Source of the DNA: Phyllobates terribilis
Lineage: Eukaryota
Reading direction: 5' to 3'
Length of the DNA: 64,000 nt
NCBI RefSeq assembly: GCF_046119375.1
Contig: NW_027362765.1
Coordinates: forward strand, 386,260,001 to 386,324,000
In this document: in pieces, positions 36,656 to 49,336 of the stretch
How positions within the stretch are numbered: the first letter of the stretch is position 1
Layout of the letters: each line of letters starts with the position of its first letter
Translations under genes and position numbers: made by a program
Notes under the pieces: generated by a model
What the model was told of the DNA's origin: nothing
The model's input: only the letters and a program-made list of their open reading frames with translations
Databases searched by the model: none

Positions 36656-38591
36656 AGGGGTATTCCCATCTCCAAGATCCTATCCCAATATGTAGTAGGT
36701 GTAATAATAATAATATTAGCAATATTAGCCAATTAGAAATGTAGTATAGAATTGTTGATTCTCTATGTCTCTTTCCTCTTGTGCAGGCATTGCAGGACCT
36801 TAGGTATCCATGGTTATGTCCACTGATAAAGTAACAGTTAGCTAGCTGCTAGTGGTCTTAACCATGGATACCTAAGGTCCTGCAATGCCTGCACATGAGG
36901 AAAGAGACATAGTGAATCAACAATACTATACTACATTTCTAATTGGAGGTATTTGCTAATATTATTTCTATTACACCTACTACAGTCATGGCCAAAAGTA
37001 TTGAGAATGACACCAAAATTATATTTTCACATGATCTGCTGGCCTCTGGTTTTTATTAGTGTTTGTCTGATGTTTATATCACATACAGAAATATAATTGC
37101 AATCATATTATGAGTACCAATAGGTTACATTGACAGTTAGAATGAGCTAATGCAGCAAGTCAATATTTGCAGTGTTGCCCCTTCTTCTTCAAGACCTCTG
37201 TAATTCTCCCTGGCATTGCCTCAATCAACTTTTGGACCAAATCCTGACTGATAGCAGTCCATTCTTGCATAATCAACGCTTGCATTTTGCCAGAATTTGT
37301 TGGTTTTTGTTTGTCCACCCGTCTCTTGATGATTGACCACAAGTTCTCAATGGGATTAAGATCTGGGGAGTTTCCAGGCCATGGACCCAAAATCTCTATG
37401 TTTTGTTCCATGAGCCATTTAGTTATCACCTTTGCTTTATGGCAAGGTGCTCCATCATGCTGGAAAAGGCATTGTTGGGCGCCAAACTGCTCTTGGACGG
37501 TTGGGAGAAGTTGCTCTTGGAGGACATTCTGGTACCATTCTTTATTCATGGCTGTGTTTTCAGGCAAGACTGTGAGTGAGCCGATTCCCTTGGCTGAGAA
37601 GCAACCCCACACATGAATGGTTTCAGGATGCCTTACAGTTGGCATGAGACAAGACTGGTGGTAGCGCTCACCTCTTCTTCTCCGAATAAGCTGTTTTCCA
37701 GATGTCCCAAACAATCGAAAAGGGGATTCATCAGAGAAAATGACTTTGTCCCAGTCCTCAGCAGTCTACTCCCTGTACCTTTTGCAGAATATCAGTCGGT
37801 CCCTGATGTTTTTTTCTGGAGAGAAGTGGCTTCTTTGCTGCCCTCCTTGAAATCAGCCCTTGCTCAAAGAGTCTCCGCCTCACAGTGCGTGCAGAAGCAC
37901 TCACACCAGCCTGCTGCCATTCCTGAGCAAGCTCGGCACTGCTGGTAGTCCGATCCCACAGCTGAAACAGTTTTAAGATACGGTCCTGGCGCTTGCTGGT
38001 CTTTCTTGGGCACCCTGGAGCCTTTTTGACAACAATGGAAGCTCTCTCCTTGAAGTTCTTGATGATGCGATAGATTGTTGACTGAGGTGCAATCTTTGTA
38101 ACTGCGATACTCTTCCCTGTTAGGCCATTTTTGTGCAGTGCAATGATGGCTGCACGTGTTTCTTTAGAGATAACCATGGTTAACTGAAGAGAAACAATGA
38201 TACCAAGAACCAGCCTCCTTTTAAAGTGTCCAGTGATGTCATTCTTACTTAATCATGACTGATTGATCGCCAGCCCTGTCCTCATCAACACCCACACCTG
38301 TGCTAATGGATCAATCACTAAAATGATGTTAGCTGCTCCTTTTAAGGCAGGACTGCAATGATGTTGAAATGTGTTTTGGGGGTTAAAGTTCATTTTCTGG
38401 GCAAATATTGACTTTGCAAGTACCGTAATTGCTGTTAAGCTGATCACTCTTTGACATTCAGGAGTATATGCAAATTGCCATTACAAAAATGAAGCAGTAA
38501 ACTTTGGAAAAATTACTATTTGTCTCATTCTCAATACTTTTGGCCATGATTGTACATATTGGGATAGGATTTTGGAGATGGGAATACCCCT
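36656..38591. mobile_element. Palindromic T2/Kolobok-type MITE hosting a Tc1 insertion
   Basis: TTAA-AGGGGTATTCCCATCTCCAAGATCCTATCCC ... GGGATAGGATTTTGGAGATGGGAATACCCCT-TTAA; the arms are reverse complements once 36983-38554 is removed. Confidence 0.88.
36983..38552 (-). mobile_element. Tc1/mariner element with DD35E transposase (Traveler-type), frameshifted
   Basis: TA TSD; short TIRs CAGTCATGGCCAAAAGTATTGAGAATGA; ORFs 38177-37758 (HTH) and 37714-37160; QHD-GAPCHKAKVITKWLMEQNIEILGPWPGNSPDLNPI-E gives 35 residues between D and E. Confidence 0.93.
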
Positions 38592-40293
38592 TTAAGTATA
38601 GTCACTCACATGGCATGCTTGGCTTTTCAGGAGTCCGGGAGTGGAAGCTCGAGACCTGCTGAGGAGAGCAGAGAAAAGACATGCTTCAAATGTGAGTGGC
38701 AAGTGGTCACCACTCGCAAAGTGTAAGTCATTTCATTCATCTTTGATACGTCTGCTGGATCGTGGTTGGAAGTGCTCTGAAAGAACTTCTTTTTTGTTTA
38801 CTTTTTTTTTGTTCGTACAGGATAATCATCAATTAATTGATATTGCAAGTGGATTAGTAAAAGCCTCACTTCTACACATTAGCAAAAATTTGTCCAAACC
38901 TTCCGATTTATCTATCTAGTGTGTATGAAGGCCTCCCTACTCCTTCCTAATGACAAATATTGAATGAAGAAGGATCATGCGAGTTTAATTTCAATATGCC
39001 AAAACTTAACACATAATTCAACCGTTACCAAGAGGAGTGAGGGTCCAATCTGTGAGGAAATAGGGTAGGGGGGCACAAAAGATAAGTGGTAAAATGTGCT
39101 TGTAAAAACCAAAATATACTAAATAGCGTGTTCACATAACACTGCAAGGGCTATTAAATGCATGGAGGGTGTGTGAGCAGAAGCTACGAGGGTCCTGATT
39201 TGGAGGAAAAGTCTTGGAGACGAGAATGGGAGAGTCGGATTATTGAGGATGTTAGTCCTAGGTCATTAGCGGATCAGAGGGCACTGGTAGGGTGGTAGAC
39301 TGAGACAAGGGAGGAGATGTAGGGTGGTGCTGATCTGTGGAGAGCTTTGTGGATGAGAGTGATAAGTTTATATTGAACTCTGTAGCGGATGGGCAACCAC
39401 TGCAACGACTGGCACAGGGAAGAGGCATCGGTGTAGCGGTTGTTGAGGAATATGATCAGGGCTGCTGCATTCAGGACGGATTGTAGAGGGGAGAGTTTGG
39501 TAAGAGGGAGACAGATTAGTAGAGAGTTGCAGTAGTCCAGACGTGAGTGAATAAGAGCTACATTAAGAGTTTTAACAGAGTCAAATGTAAGAAAAGGTCG
39601 ATTTCTAGAGAGGTGTAGGTGACATGAGTGAGCAAGTGATCATATGTTGGGAGTGAAAGAAAGATCTGAGTCAAATATAACCCCAAGACAGCAGGCATGT
39701 TGCTGGGGAGTAATGGTGGAGCTACACACGGAAATGGCAATATCGGGCAAAGGTAGGTTAGTGGAGGGAGGAAACACAAGGAGTCCAGTATTCAGTTTTA
39801 GATAGAAGGAAGGAGGACATAGTTTTAGAGATAGTGGAAAGACAATCACTGATATCTGTAATAATGCGGGGGTGATGTCAGGAGACGAGGTATATAATTG
39901 GGTGTCTTCAGTATAGAGATGGTACTGAAAACCAAATTTACTGATGGTTTATCCAATAGGAGCAGTGTATAGAGAGAAGAAGAGAGGGCCTAGGACTGAA
40001 CCTTGAGGAATCTCGACAGTAAGTGGAAGAGGAGCCGGCAAAAGACACAGTGAAGGAGCAGTCAGAGAGGTCGGAGGAGAACCAGGGGAGAGCAGTATCC
40101 TAGAGGCCAATGGAGCAGGGCATAGTGAGGAGGAGCTGGTGATCCATAGTGTCGAATGGTGCAGTGATATCGAGGAGAATCAGCAGGGAGTTGTGACCAT
40201 TTGATTTAGTGGTTAGTAGATCATTAGAGACTTTAGTAAGGGTAGTTTCAGTAGCGTGTAAAGAGCAGAGACCAGATTGTAAAGGGTCATGAA

Positions 40294-43200
40294 TAGTGTT
40301 GTGCGATACCTTCCGATATCAGGAAATATCGTATCGGATTGGATCGGACCGATACCCAAAAAGTATCGGATATCGCCGATTCCGATACCGGAAACCAATG
40401 CAAGTCAATGGGACACAAATATCGGAATGAAAATAAACCCTTTCTTTCCTTGTAGGTTAATTCTACATGAAGTAAAACAACTAAGAATAATGTAGAATGT
40501 ATTACGCGAAAAGCCGGCAATTCATCAGCGGCATACACCGGTACCCGACAATTTATAACAGACAGAATAGAGCTTCACACATAGATTAGATAGATAGAAA
40601 CATGTCAGTCACATATATATGAAGTACAGTGACAGTGTTGATTACTGTACATGTCATTTAGTGTTAAAATAAAGGATTTATTTTAAAAAAAATTGGCGTG
40701 GGGTTCCCCTTAATTTTAGGCTCTAGCGGAGGTTAAGCAGACAGCTGGAGCAGATGTTTGAAGCCTGGGAAGGGGGTAATACCCACGGAGCTTCCCAGGC
40801 TACTAATATCAGCCCCCAGCTGAATACCTAGCCTTTACTAGCTATTAAAATGGGGGACCTCCCCAAAAAAATGACGTGGGGTCCCCCCTAATTTAATAGC
40901 AAGCAAAGGCTAGGCAGACAGCTGGGGGCTGATATTAATAGCCCAGAAAGGGTGCCATGAATATTGGCCCCCTCCCAGGCTAGACACACCAGCCGTCAGC
41001 CGCCCCAGAAATGGCGCATCCATAGGATGCGCCAATTCTGGCACTTAGCCTCGCTCTTCCCACTGCCCTGTAGCGGTGGCAGTGGGGTAATAGGGTTGGG
41101 GTTGATGTCAGCTTATAATGCCAGCTGACATCAAGCCCAGGTTAGTAATGGAGAGGCGTCTATAAGACACCCCCATTACTAACCCCATAGTCAAAGTTAA
41201 AGAAAAACACAAACACCCAGAATAAAGTCCTTTAATTGAAATAAACACACAATTCTTTATTGTTCTAAATTAAACCATACTTACCATCACGCCCATTCCA
41301 GCTGAAGCCAACGATCTCCTGCAATAAAAGAAAAATAATAAAGCAACCTCATCCTTACCTTTCCATGGTAGGAGCGCTAGCATGCCTGCGCATCTCAGTG
41401 TCTGCGGGATGACAGGCTGGATGGCAGCGTTCTGCTGCGGTCCAGCCTGTCATCTCGATGTAGCAGAGCTGAAGCTGTCGTGGGAACCATGGAAAGGTAA
41501 GGATGAGGTTGCTTTATTATTTTTCTTTTATTGCAGGAGATCGTTGGCTTCAGCTGGAATGGGCGTGATGGTAAGTATGGTTTAATTTAGAACAATAAAG
41601 AATTGTGTCTTTATTTCAATTAAAGGACTTTATTCTGGGTGTTTGTGTTTTTTTTAAATACTTTACTAGAAATTCATGGTGGTCATGTCTAATATTGGCA
41701 TGACCCCATGAATTTCGGGCTTAGGGCCAGCTGATAATACCAAGCTGGCCTTAACCCCTTTATTACCCAGTGAGCCACCGCACCAGGGCCCTGGATGAGT
41801 TGGGTACAGCGCCAGAAGATGGCGCTTCTATGAACGCGCCATTTTCCGGGGTGGCTGCGGACTGCAATTTGTAGCGGGTGGGGCCCAGAAAGCTTGGGTC
41901 TCCCTGCGCTGCAGATTCCAGCCCCCAGCTGCCTAGTTGTACCTGGCTGGACACAAAAATAGGGAGAAGCCCCACGTATTTTTTTTTTTAATTATTTCAT
42001 GAAATTCATGAAATAATTAAGAAAAAAAGGGCTTCCCTATATTGTTGTGTCCGGCCAGGTACAAATAGGCAGCTGGTGGTTGGGGGCAGCCCGTTCCGGC
42101 CTGCTGTACCTGGCTGGACACAAATATAGGGCGAAGCCCCACATCAATTTTTTTTTAATTATTTCATGAATTTCCTGAAATAATTTTTAAAAAAATTGAC
42201 GTGGGGCTTCGCCCTATTTTTGTGTTCAGCCAGGTACAACTAGGCAGCTGGGGGATGGAATCTGCAGCGCAGGGAGGCCCAAGCTTTCTGCCCCCCCCGC
42301 CGCTGCAAATTGCAGTCCGCAGCCACCCCGGAAAATGGCGCGTTCATAGAAGCTGGATGCTGTACCTGGCTGGCATACAAAAATATGGCAAAGCCCACGA
42401 AAAAAATTTTGGGAAAAATTAATTAAAAAATAAATAATAATTTAGGGACTGCATCTTTATTAACTCCTCAAATGTCATTTAGTGTTAAAATAAAGGATTT
42501 ATTTTAAAAAAAATTGGCGTGGGATCCCCCATAATATTAGTCTCTAGCGGAGGTTAAGCAGACGGCTGGGGCAGATGTTTGAAGCCTGGGAAGGGGGTAA
42601 TACCCACGGAGCTTCCCAGACTACTAATATCAGCCCCCAGCTGAATACCTAGCCTTTACTAGCTATTAAAATGGGGGACCCCGCCCAAAAAAAATGACGT
42701 GGGGTACCCCCTATTTTAATAGCTAGCAAAGGCTAGGCAGACAGCTGGGGGCTGACATTAATAGCCCAGGAAGGGTGCCATGAATATTGGCCCCCTCGCA
42801 GGCTAGAAACACCAGCCGTCAGCCTCCCCAGAAATGGCGCATCCATAGGATGCGCCAATTCTGGCACTTAGCCTCGCTCTTCCACGCTGCCCTGGTGCGG
42901 TGGCAGTGGGGTAATAGTGGTGGGGTTCATGTCAGCGCCAGCTGCCATGAAGCCCAGGTTAGTAATGATGGGCATCTATAAGACACCCCCATTACTAACC
43001 TACAAAGTGTTAAAAAGAAAAAACACACTACACCCAGAAAAAAATAATTTATTTGAAATAAAGCACACCATTTTATTTAATTCTTAGTTTACTAAAATAA
43101 AATAGTTACCTGTCCACGTTCCTGCGCTGATCTCCCATGCACAGCTGTCACATCTGGAGACGGTACAGCAGGGCCGTAAAGGAGCTAACCGGCGCAGCGC

Positions 43201-44545
43201 TGCCTGAACTCCGGTGAACCCGCTTATGCAATGACGGGGCTGCTTTACGGCCCCATCATTCTAGCGACGGCAGCGGTTCAGAGCGGTCACATTCTATGTG
43301 GCTGCTCTAAACTGGAGATCATCGTGGGACACTCGTGGACTACTACGGAGGGGTAAGGATAAGGTTGTGGTTTATTATTTTATATTTTATTACAGGAGAT
43401 CGATGGCTTCGGGGAATTAGGTGTCTAGGTGAGTATAGGTGTAGTTTTTTATTTTTTACTTTATTTTAGGTGGCGATCGGCGGGGACAGGTAATGTATGA
43501 ACTAATTTATTGTAGGCAACCACTGGCCACCAATGACATGTATTTAAAATTTATTGGGGACACAGTAGGGCAATTTAAATAGCAGGATCAGGCTGATGGG
43601 AACTACTGCTCCCATCGAGCTGATCCTGCTGGCACGAGTGGACGGGGGACAGACATAGGCCGATGGGAGTAGTAGTGTCACATCGGCCTATGTCTGCCTG
43701 CACGCACACACCCGCAGACATCGCACAGACACCGCGCACACCCGCACACACCCCCAGACACCGTGCACACCCGCACACATCGCACAGACATCGCACACAC
43801 TCGCAGACATCGCACAGACACCGCACACACTCGCAGACATCGCACAAACACCGCACACACCCGCACACATCGCACAGACACCCGCACACACCAATCATGA
43901 CAGGCTGATGGTCTGGGAGGTGAGGCTGACCTGTGCGGCCGTGGGAAAGTTCATGTGAGTTCATGCAGTCAAGCATGAACTCACATGAACCCTCTGATGG
44001 CACCGCGGCTACTTCAAATGAACAGCTGATCGGCATCACCTGATACCTCAGCTGTTCATTTGAAATAACTGGCGGGAAAGCGCAGCACAGAACGGGAAAG
44101 CCGGCGGTGAAGTATTTTCACTGTCGGCTTCCCCGCCCGGGTCCTTCGCTCCCCGCTCCTTGGTGCTGCGCTTTCCGCCCGGTCCTAACTTACGATCAGG
44201 ATGGGAGGTGGCGAGGGGAGCGTAGGATCGGGGTGGGAGGCTGCGGGGAAGCAGTATGGGGCTGTGTGATTGTTTAAAAGCCGGCGGCTTTTTACCGCCC
44301 GCCGGCTTTTAAACAATCAGGAGAATTCTCTCACGCTGGGATGGCATTCTGATGACAGGCTGGATCGCAGCTGAGCGCTGCCATCCAGCTTGTCATCCTT
44401 CAGAGACCCTGCAGAGCGCAGGCATTATGGGAACTTCCGATTCCGGTATTCGATATTGTAAAAGTATCGGAATTAAGTATCGGAATTCCGATACCGCGAA
44501 TATCGGCCGATACCCGATATTTCAGTATCGGAATGCTCAACACTA
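40294..44545. mobile_element. Non-autonomous hAT element, 4252 bp, with internal direct and inverted repeats and no transposase
   Basis: TIRs TAGTGTTG(T/A)GC; exact 8-bp TSD GTCATGAA (40286-40293 / 44546-44553); ATCGG/CCGAT subterminal arrays; empty site in the paralogous L2 near 55525. Confidence 0.93.
43700..43890. repeat. CA-rich low-complexity minisatellite (CACCCGCACACATCGCACAGA-type)
   Basis: Direct tandem iteration within the non-autonomous hAT. Confidence 0.85.
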
Positions 44546-45545
44546 GTCATGAAGAGCGTTATCTGAGAGATAGTGGATGAGACGGGAGTGGACCAAGCGT
44601 TTCAGGAGTTTAAAGATGATGGGAAGATTAGAGACCAGTCTGTAATTAGCAGTGCAGTTCTGTTTGAGGGATGTTTTTTTTTTAAGTAATGGGTGTTTGC
44701 TGTCATGTTTAAATGAGGAGGAAAAGATACCAGATTAGAGAGAGACATTAAATATTTAGTTAGGTGAGTGGTGATAGCAGTGGAAAAGGACTGAAGGAGA
44801 TGTGAGGGAACAGGGTCACTGGTGCAGGTAGTACGGCGAGATGATGCGAGGTGATGGGTAACCTCTTCTTCTGTGACCTGTTCAAGGACAGAAAGAGAGC
44901 TACATGGAGTACAGGAGGGAAAAGAAGGCATGATATTTGGGGATTGAGAGAAAATTTCCTGTCGGCTATGGTCATTTTTTTCTTTGAAATAATTGGCCAG
45001 ATCGTGAGCTTTGAAGTTAGTTGTTGGGGCCCGAACTCTTGGACTGAGGAGGGAATGAAAAGGGTCAAAGACTCGTTTAGGATTGTTGGATAAGGATTTC
45101 ATGAATGCGGTGAAGTAGTCTTGTTTGGAGAGGGGGAGAGCAGAGTTGTATGTTTTAAGGAATGATCTATAACTATGGAAAGGGTTCAAAAATATCATTG
45201 TGTTTAAGGTTGAATCAATGTAAGGCAGGGATGGGCAATTAATTTTCCCAAGCGGCCACATGAGAGACCGTGACTGTTGTGGAGGACCGAACCAATAAGC
45301 TGAAATTATTTCTTCTCAATATTAATATTAACAGTGCGCACTGTGCACACTGTTAGGATGCACAAATCTCCAGTCACATAGAATGGCTGCAGACTTGTCC
45401 CCGAGCAGACATGATATTATAAAAATAAAAATGTAGAAATTGTTGCATTTTTTTTAATTACATTTTTGATGTAACTATTTTATATCCTTTAACTCAGCAT
45501 ACACTGCACCACTTCAAGAAGTGGCATTTGACAGCACTGCACATT

Positions 45546-46541
45546 TGACAGAGGACAAACATAGACCTTGGTGCCCCAGACAATCACTCGTACGGACCCA
45601 CTTAGGAAGCCAGCAGTCCATCGAGGTACAAGGCCAGGAGACCCGAGGTTCCCACCGTGGCCTCTCCAACAGTTTCAATGGGGCCAGATGACTGGCTGGT
45701 CCCAATCTGGCTTCTCCGAATGTCTCCATGGGTTCCAGGCGACCGGAGAGTTCCACCTGGCAACCCCAAACAACATATCCATGGGGCCAGGTGACTTCAT
45801 CGCCCCAACATAGTCTCCCCAAATGTATCCATGGGCTCTCTGATGGTCAATGGAGTATATCCGTATCTTTTTAGTCAGGCCATATACCCTTAGGCTGGAA
45901 TCATGAAGAATCCAATCTGTGTCTCTTTGGGTAAAGCCATGCTACCAAGCTGATGGTGTGATGAGAGTTTGACCTTTGATTCGCCTTGTAACGTCTCTTT
46001 TAATTCTCTGTTTCAAATCTCTCTGTTACAGAGGCACATGTCCCTTAAAATAGTTACAGTTGTTCTTTCAAGTACACATTCACAGGTAAGAGGTTAGGGG
46101 GGCATTACTCACAGGGCTCAGGTCTCATTGTTTGAGCTAATCAGTTTACATTGTTGGTATAGCAGGGGGCTCTGGTAAATAAACATCTACCTAGCTTAGT
46201 ATAATATGCAATTAGCATAGTAACAGACATCATTGTTTACAGACCAATAGAAGACAATATTCAGGGTTATACAAATACTAGTCTGTCCTTCTTGACCAAC
46301 CACAGAAATACACATATATTCATAAGTCAACAGAAACAAAATAGTGTATTTCTCTTGGCTTAACAAATCTAATCATCTAGCTGATTACGATTATAAGCTG
46401 TTCTGTCACATTGACCAAGTCCAAACTTTTACTTTTATTTTTCACTGCAAGCACAGCTGTTTCTGTGATTGCAATTCACTCTATGCGCATTCTAGGAGAT
46501 ACATACCGTCCCTCACATATAATTCCCCTCACTGCCTCACA
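45546..46541 (-). mobile_element. Possible LTR (ERV-like), ~1 kb
   Basis: TG...CA ends and LTR-like composition; only its first ~60 bp occur in the paralogous unit. No TSD found. Confidence 0.3.
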
Positions 46542-46584
46542 AATCCTACAAAATCCCTGACTTGGTGCATCTGTACTTAGAAGA

Positions 46585-46775
46585 ATTGATGCTGTTTTGA
46601 AAGTTAAGGGCGGTCACACCAAATATTGATGTGATTTAGATTTCTCTTTTGTTCATTCACTTTACATTTTTCTAATTGATAAAAAAAATATTAACACTTC
46701 TGTTTTTGAAAGCATTCTTCTTACTGTGCATCATTTTTCCACACCCACCTAAAACTTTTGCTCAGTATTGTATAT
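46585..46775. mobile_element. Tc1 terminal fragment; paralogous copy at ~59035-59222
   Basis: AAGGGCGGTCACACCAAATATTGA (transposase end) through TIR CCTAAAACTTTTGCTCAGTATTG-TA. Confidence 0.75.
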
Positions 46776-47555
46776 ATTATTTTTGATATAGTATATATTT
46801 ACAAAAAATAATTGTTTCTCTATTCTGCACAGAGCTTTCTTCACCTCCTGATTTTTCAAGCTGTAAATGAGAGGGTTGAGCATTGGAATGACTCCAGCAT
46901 ACAATATGGCAAACAACCTGTCCTGGTCCATGGAATAGCTGGACTTTGGCCTCATGTACATGCCGAGGACCGTTCCGTAAAAGAAGAGGATGACTGTGAG
47001 GTGTGAGGAGCAGGTGGAGAAGGTTTTGTGTCTTCCTTCTTTAGAGTTAATCTTCAAAATTGTAGAGATGATATAGATGTAGGACACCAAGGTCATGACT
47101 GAGGGGACAAAGCCAAAGATGAAACCAAGAACAAATATTACCATTTCTATAGTCTGTGTGTCGCTACAAGAAAGCATCATTAGAGGCTTCATATCACAGA
47201 AGAGATGATCTACTTCATTTGACCTACAAAATGTACAAGATGATATTAGAAGGGTGAAGAAAATGCCCTCGATGACTCCTATACTCCAAGATGTCCATGC
47301 CATCCAGAAACAGTCCTGCAGGCTCATGAAATAAGAGTAACGTAGGGGATGACAGATGGCCACGTAACGATCGTAAGCCATGGCAGCCAGGATGAAGTAT
47401 TCCGACACCATGAGCACCACAAAAAAGAAAACCTGAGCGATACAACCATGGTAGGAGATGACATTGTTCCCAGTTAGAAAAATGTCCAATAACTTTGGTA
47501 GAACCATTGAGGTGAAGGACATATCCAATACTGACATGTTACACAGGAGTATATA

Positions 47556-49163
47556 CAGTACAGACCAAAAGTTTGGACACACCTTCTCATTTTAAGATTT
47601 GAAAATTGTACATTCACACTGAAGGCATCAAAACTATGAATTAACACATGTGGAATTACATACTTATCAAAAAGTGTGAAACAACTGAAAATATGTCTTA
47701 TATTCTAGGTTCTTCAAAGTAGCCACCTTTTGCTTTGATGACTGCTTTGCACACTCTTGGCATTCTCTTGATGAGCTTCAAGAGGTAGTCACCAGAAATG
47801 GTTTTCACTTCACAGGTGTGCCCTGTCAGGTTTAAAAAGTGGGATTTCTTGCCTTATAAATGGGGTTGGGACCATCAGTTGTGTTGTGCAGAAGTCAGGT
47901 GGATACACAGCTGATAGTCCTACTGAATAGACTGTTAGAATTTGTATTATGGCAAGAAAAAAGCAGCTAAGTAAAGAAAAACGAGTGGCCATCATTACTT
48001 TAAGAAATGAAGGTCAGTCAGTCCGAAAAATTGGGCAAACTTTGAAAGTGTCCCCAAGTGCAGTTGCAAAAACCATCAAGCGCTACAAAGAAACTGGCTC
48101 ACATGAGGACCGCCCCAGGAAAGGAAGACCAAGAGTCACCTCTGCTTCTGAGGATAAGTTTATCCGAGTCACCAGCCTCAGAAATCGCAGATTAACAGCA
48201 GCTCAGATTAGAGACCAGGTCAATGCCACACAGAGCTCTAGCAGCAGACACATCTCTACAACAACTGTTAAGAGGAGACTTTGTGCAGTAGGCCTTCATG
48301 GTAAAATAGCTGCTAGGAAACCACTGCTAAGGACAGGCAACAAGCAGAAGAGACTTGTTTGGGCTAAAGAACACAAGGAATGGACATTAGAACAGTGGAA
48401 ATCTGTGCTTTTGTCTGATGAGTCCAAATTTGTGATCTTCGGTTTCAACACCGTGTCTTTGTGCGATGCAGAAAAGGTGAACGGATGGACTCTACATTCT
48501 TGGTTCCCACCGTGAAGCATGGAGGAGGAGGTGTGATGGTGTGGGGGTGCTTTGCTGGTGACACTGTTGGGGATTTATTCAAAATTGAAGGCATACTGAA
48601 CCTGCATGGCTACCACAGCAACTTGCAGCGGCATGCTATTCCATCCGGTTTGCCTTTAGTTGGACCATCATTTATTTTTCAACAGGACAATGACCCCAAA
48701 CACACCTCCAGGCTGCGTAAGGGCTATTTGACCAAGAAGAAGATTGATGGGGTGCTACGCCAGATGACCTGGCCTCCACAGTCACCAGACCTGAACCCAA
48801 TAGAGATGGTTTGGGGTGAGCTGGACCGCAGAGTGAAGGCAAAAGGGCCAACAAGTGCTGATCATCTCTGGGAACTCTTTCAAGACTGTTGGAAGACCAT
48901 TTCCGGTGACTACCTCTTGAAGCTCATCAAGAGAATGCCAAGAGTGTGCAAAGCAGTCATCAAAGCAAAAGGTGGCTACTTTGAAGAACCTAGAATATAA
49001 GACATATTTTCAGTTGTTTCACACTTTTTTGTTAAGTATATAATTCCACATGCGTTAATTCATAGTTTTGATGCCTTCAGTGTGAATGTACAATTTTCAA
49101 AGTCATGAAAATACAGAAAAATCTTTAAATGAGAAGGTGTGTCCAAACCTTTGGTCTATACTG
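47556..49163 (+). mobile_element. Tc1/mariner element with DD38E transposase (Intruder-type), single frameshift
   Basis: TA TSD (47554-55 / 49164-65); ~200-bp TIRs starting CAGTACAGACCAAAAGTTTGGACAC; ORFs 47949-48515 and 48461-49000; D at 48686-88 and E at 48803-05 with 38 codons between. Confidence 0.95.
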
Positions 49164-49336
49164 TACATGGGACTGTGGAAGTGAGGATCAAAGCAAAACA
49201 GACCAGTTGTTAATGAATTTCCAACCAATGTTGCGACATAGATGACCAGAAATATGAAAATGAAAACCAACTGGAAATCTGGAAGCTCATGGAAGCCAAG
49301 GAGAACGAAGTCAGTGACGGTGAGGTTTATTGTCTC

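Larger units (their letters stand above)
39000..45225 (-). mobile_element. L2 LINE (5'-truncated), split by a non-autonomous hAT; paralog of 53618-56196
   Basis: L2 RT fragments in ORFs 39558-39849, 40213-40398 and 44602-45261; same truncation point (GGTTGAATCAATGTAAGGCAGG) as the second copy. Confidence 0.88.

Noticed and set aside
43575-44039. Cys-rich 154-aa ORF (CDVCECVRCL repeats) resembling a metallothionein or keratin-associated protein
   Set aside because: Antisense translation of a CA-rich minisatellite inside a non-autonomous hAT element.
46749-47582. 277-aa ORF that could be read as a short intact OR
   Set aside because: Its first residues (MCPNFWSV) come from the Tc1 TIR and TM1 is missing; the real 5' part lies at 49164-49336 with the ATG at 50624.
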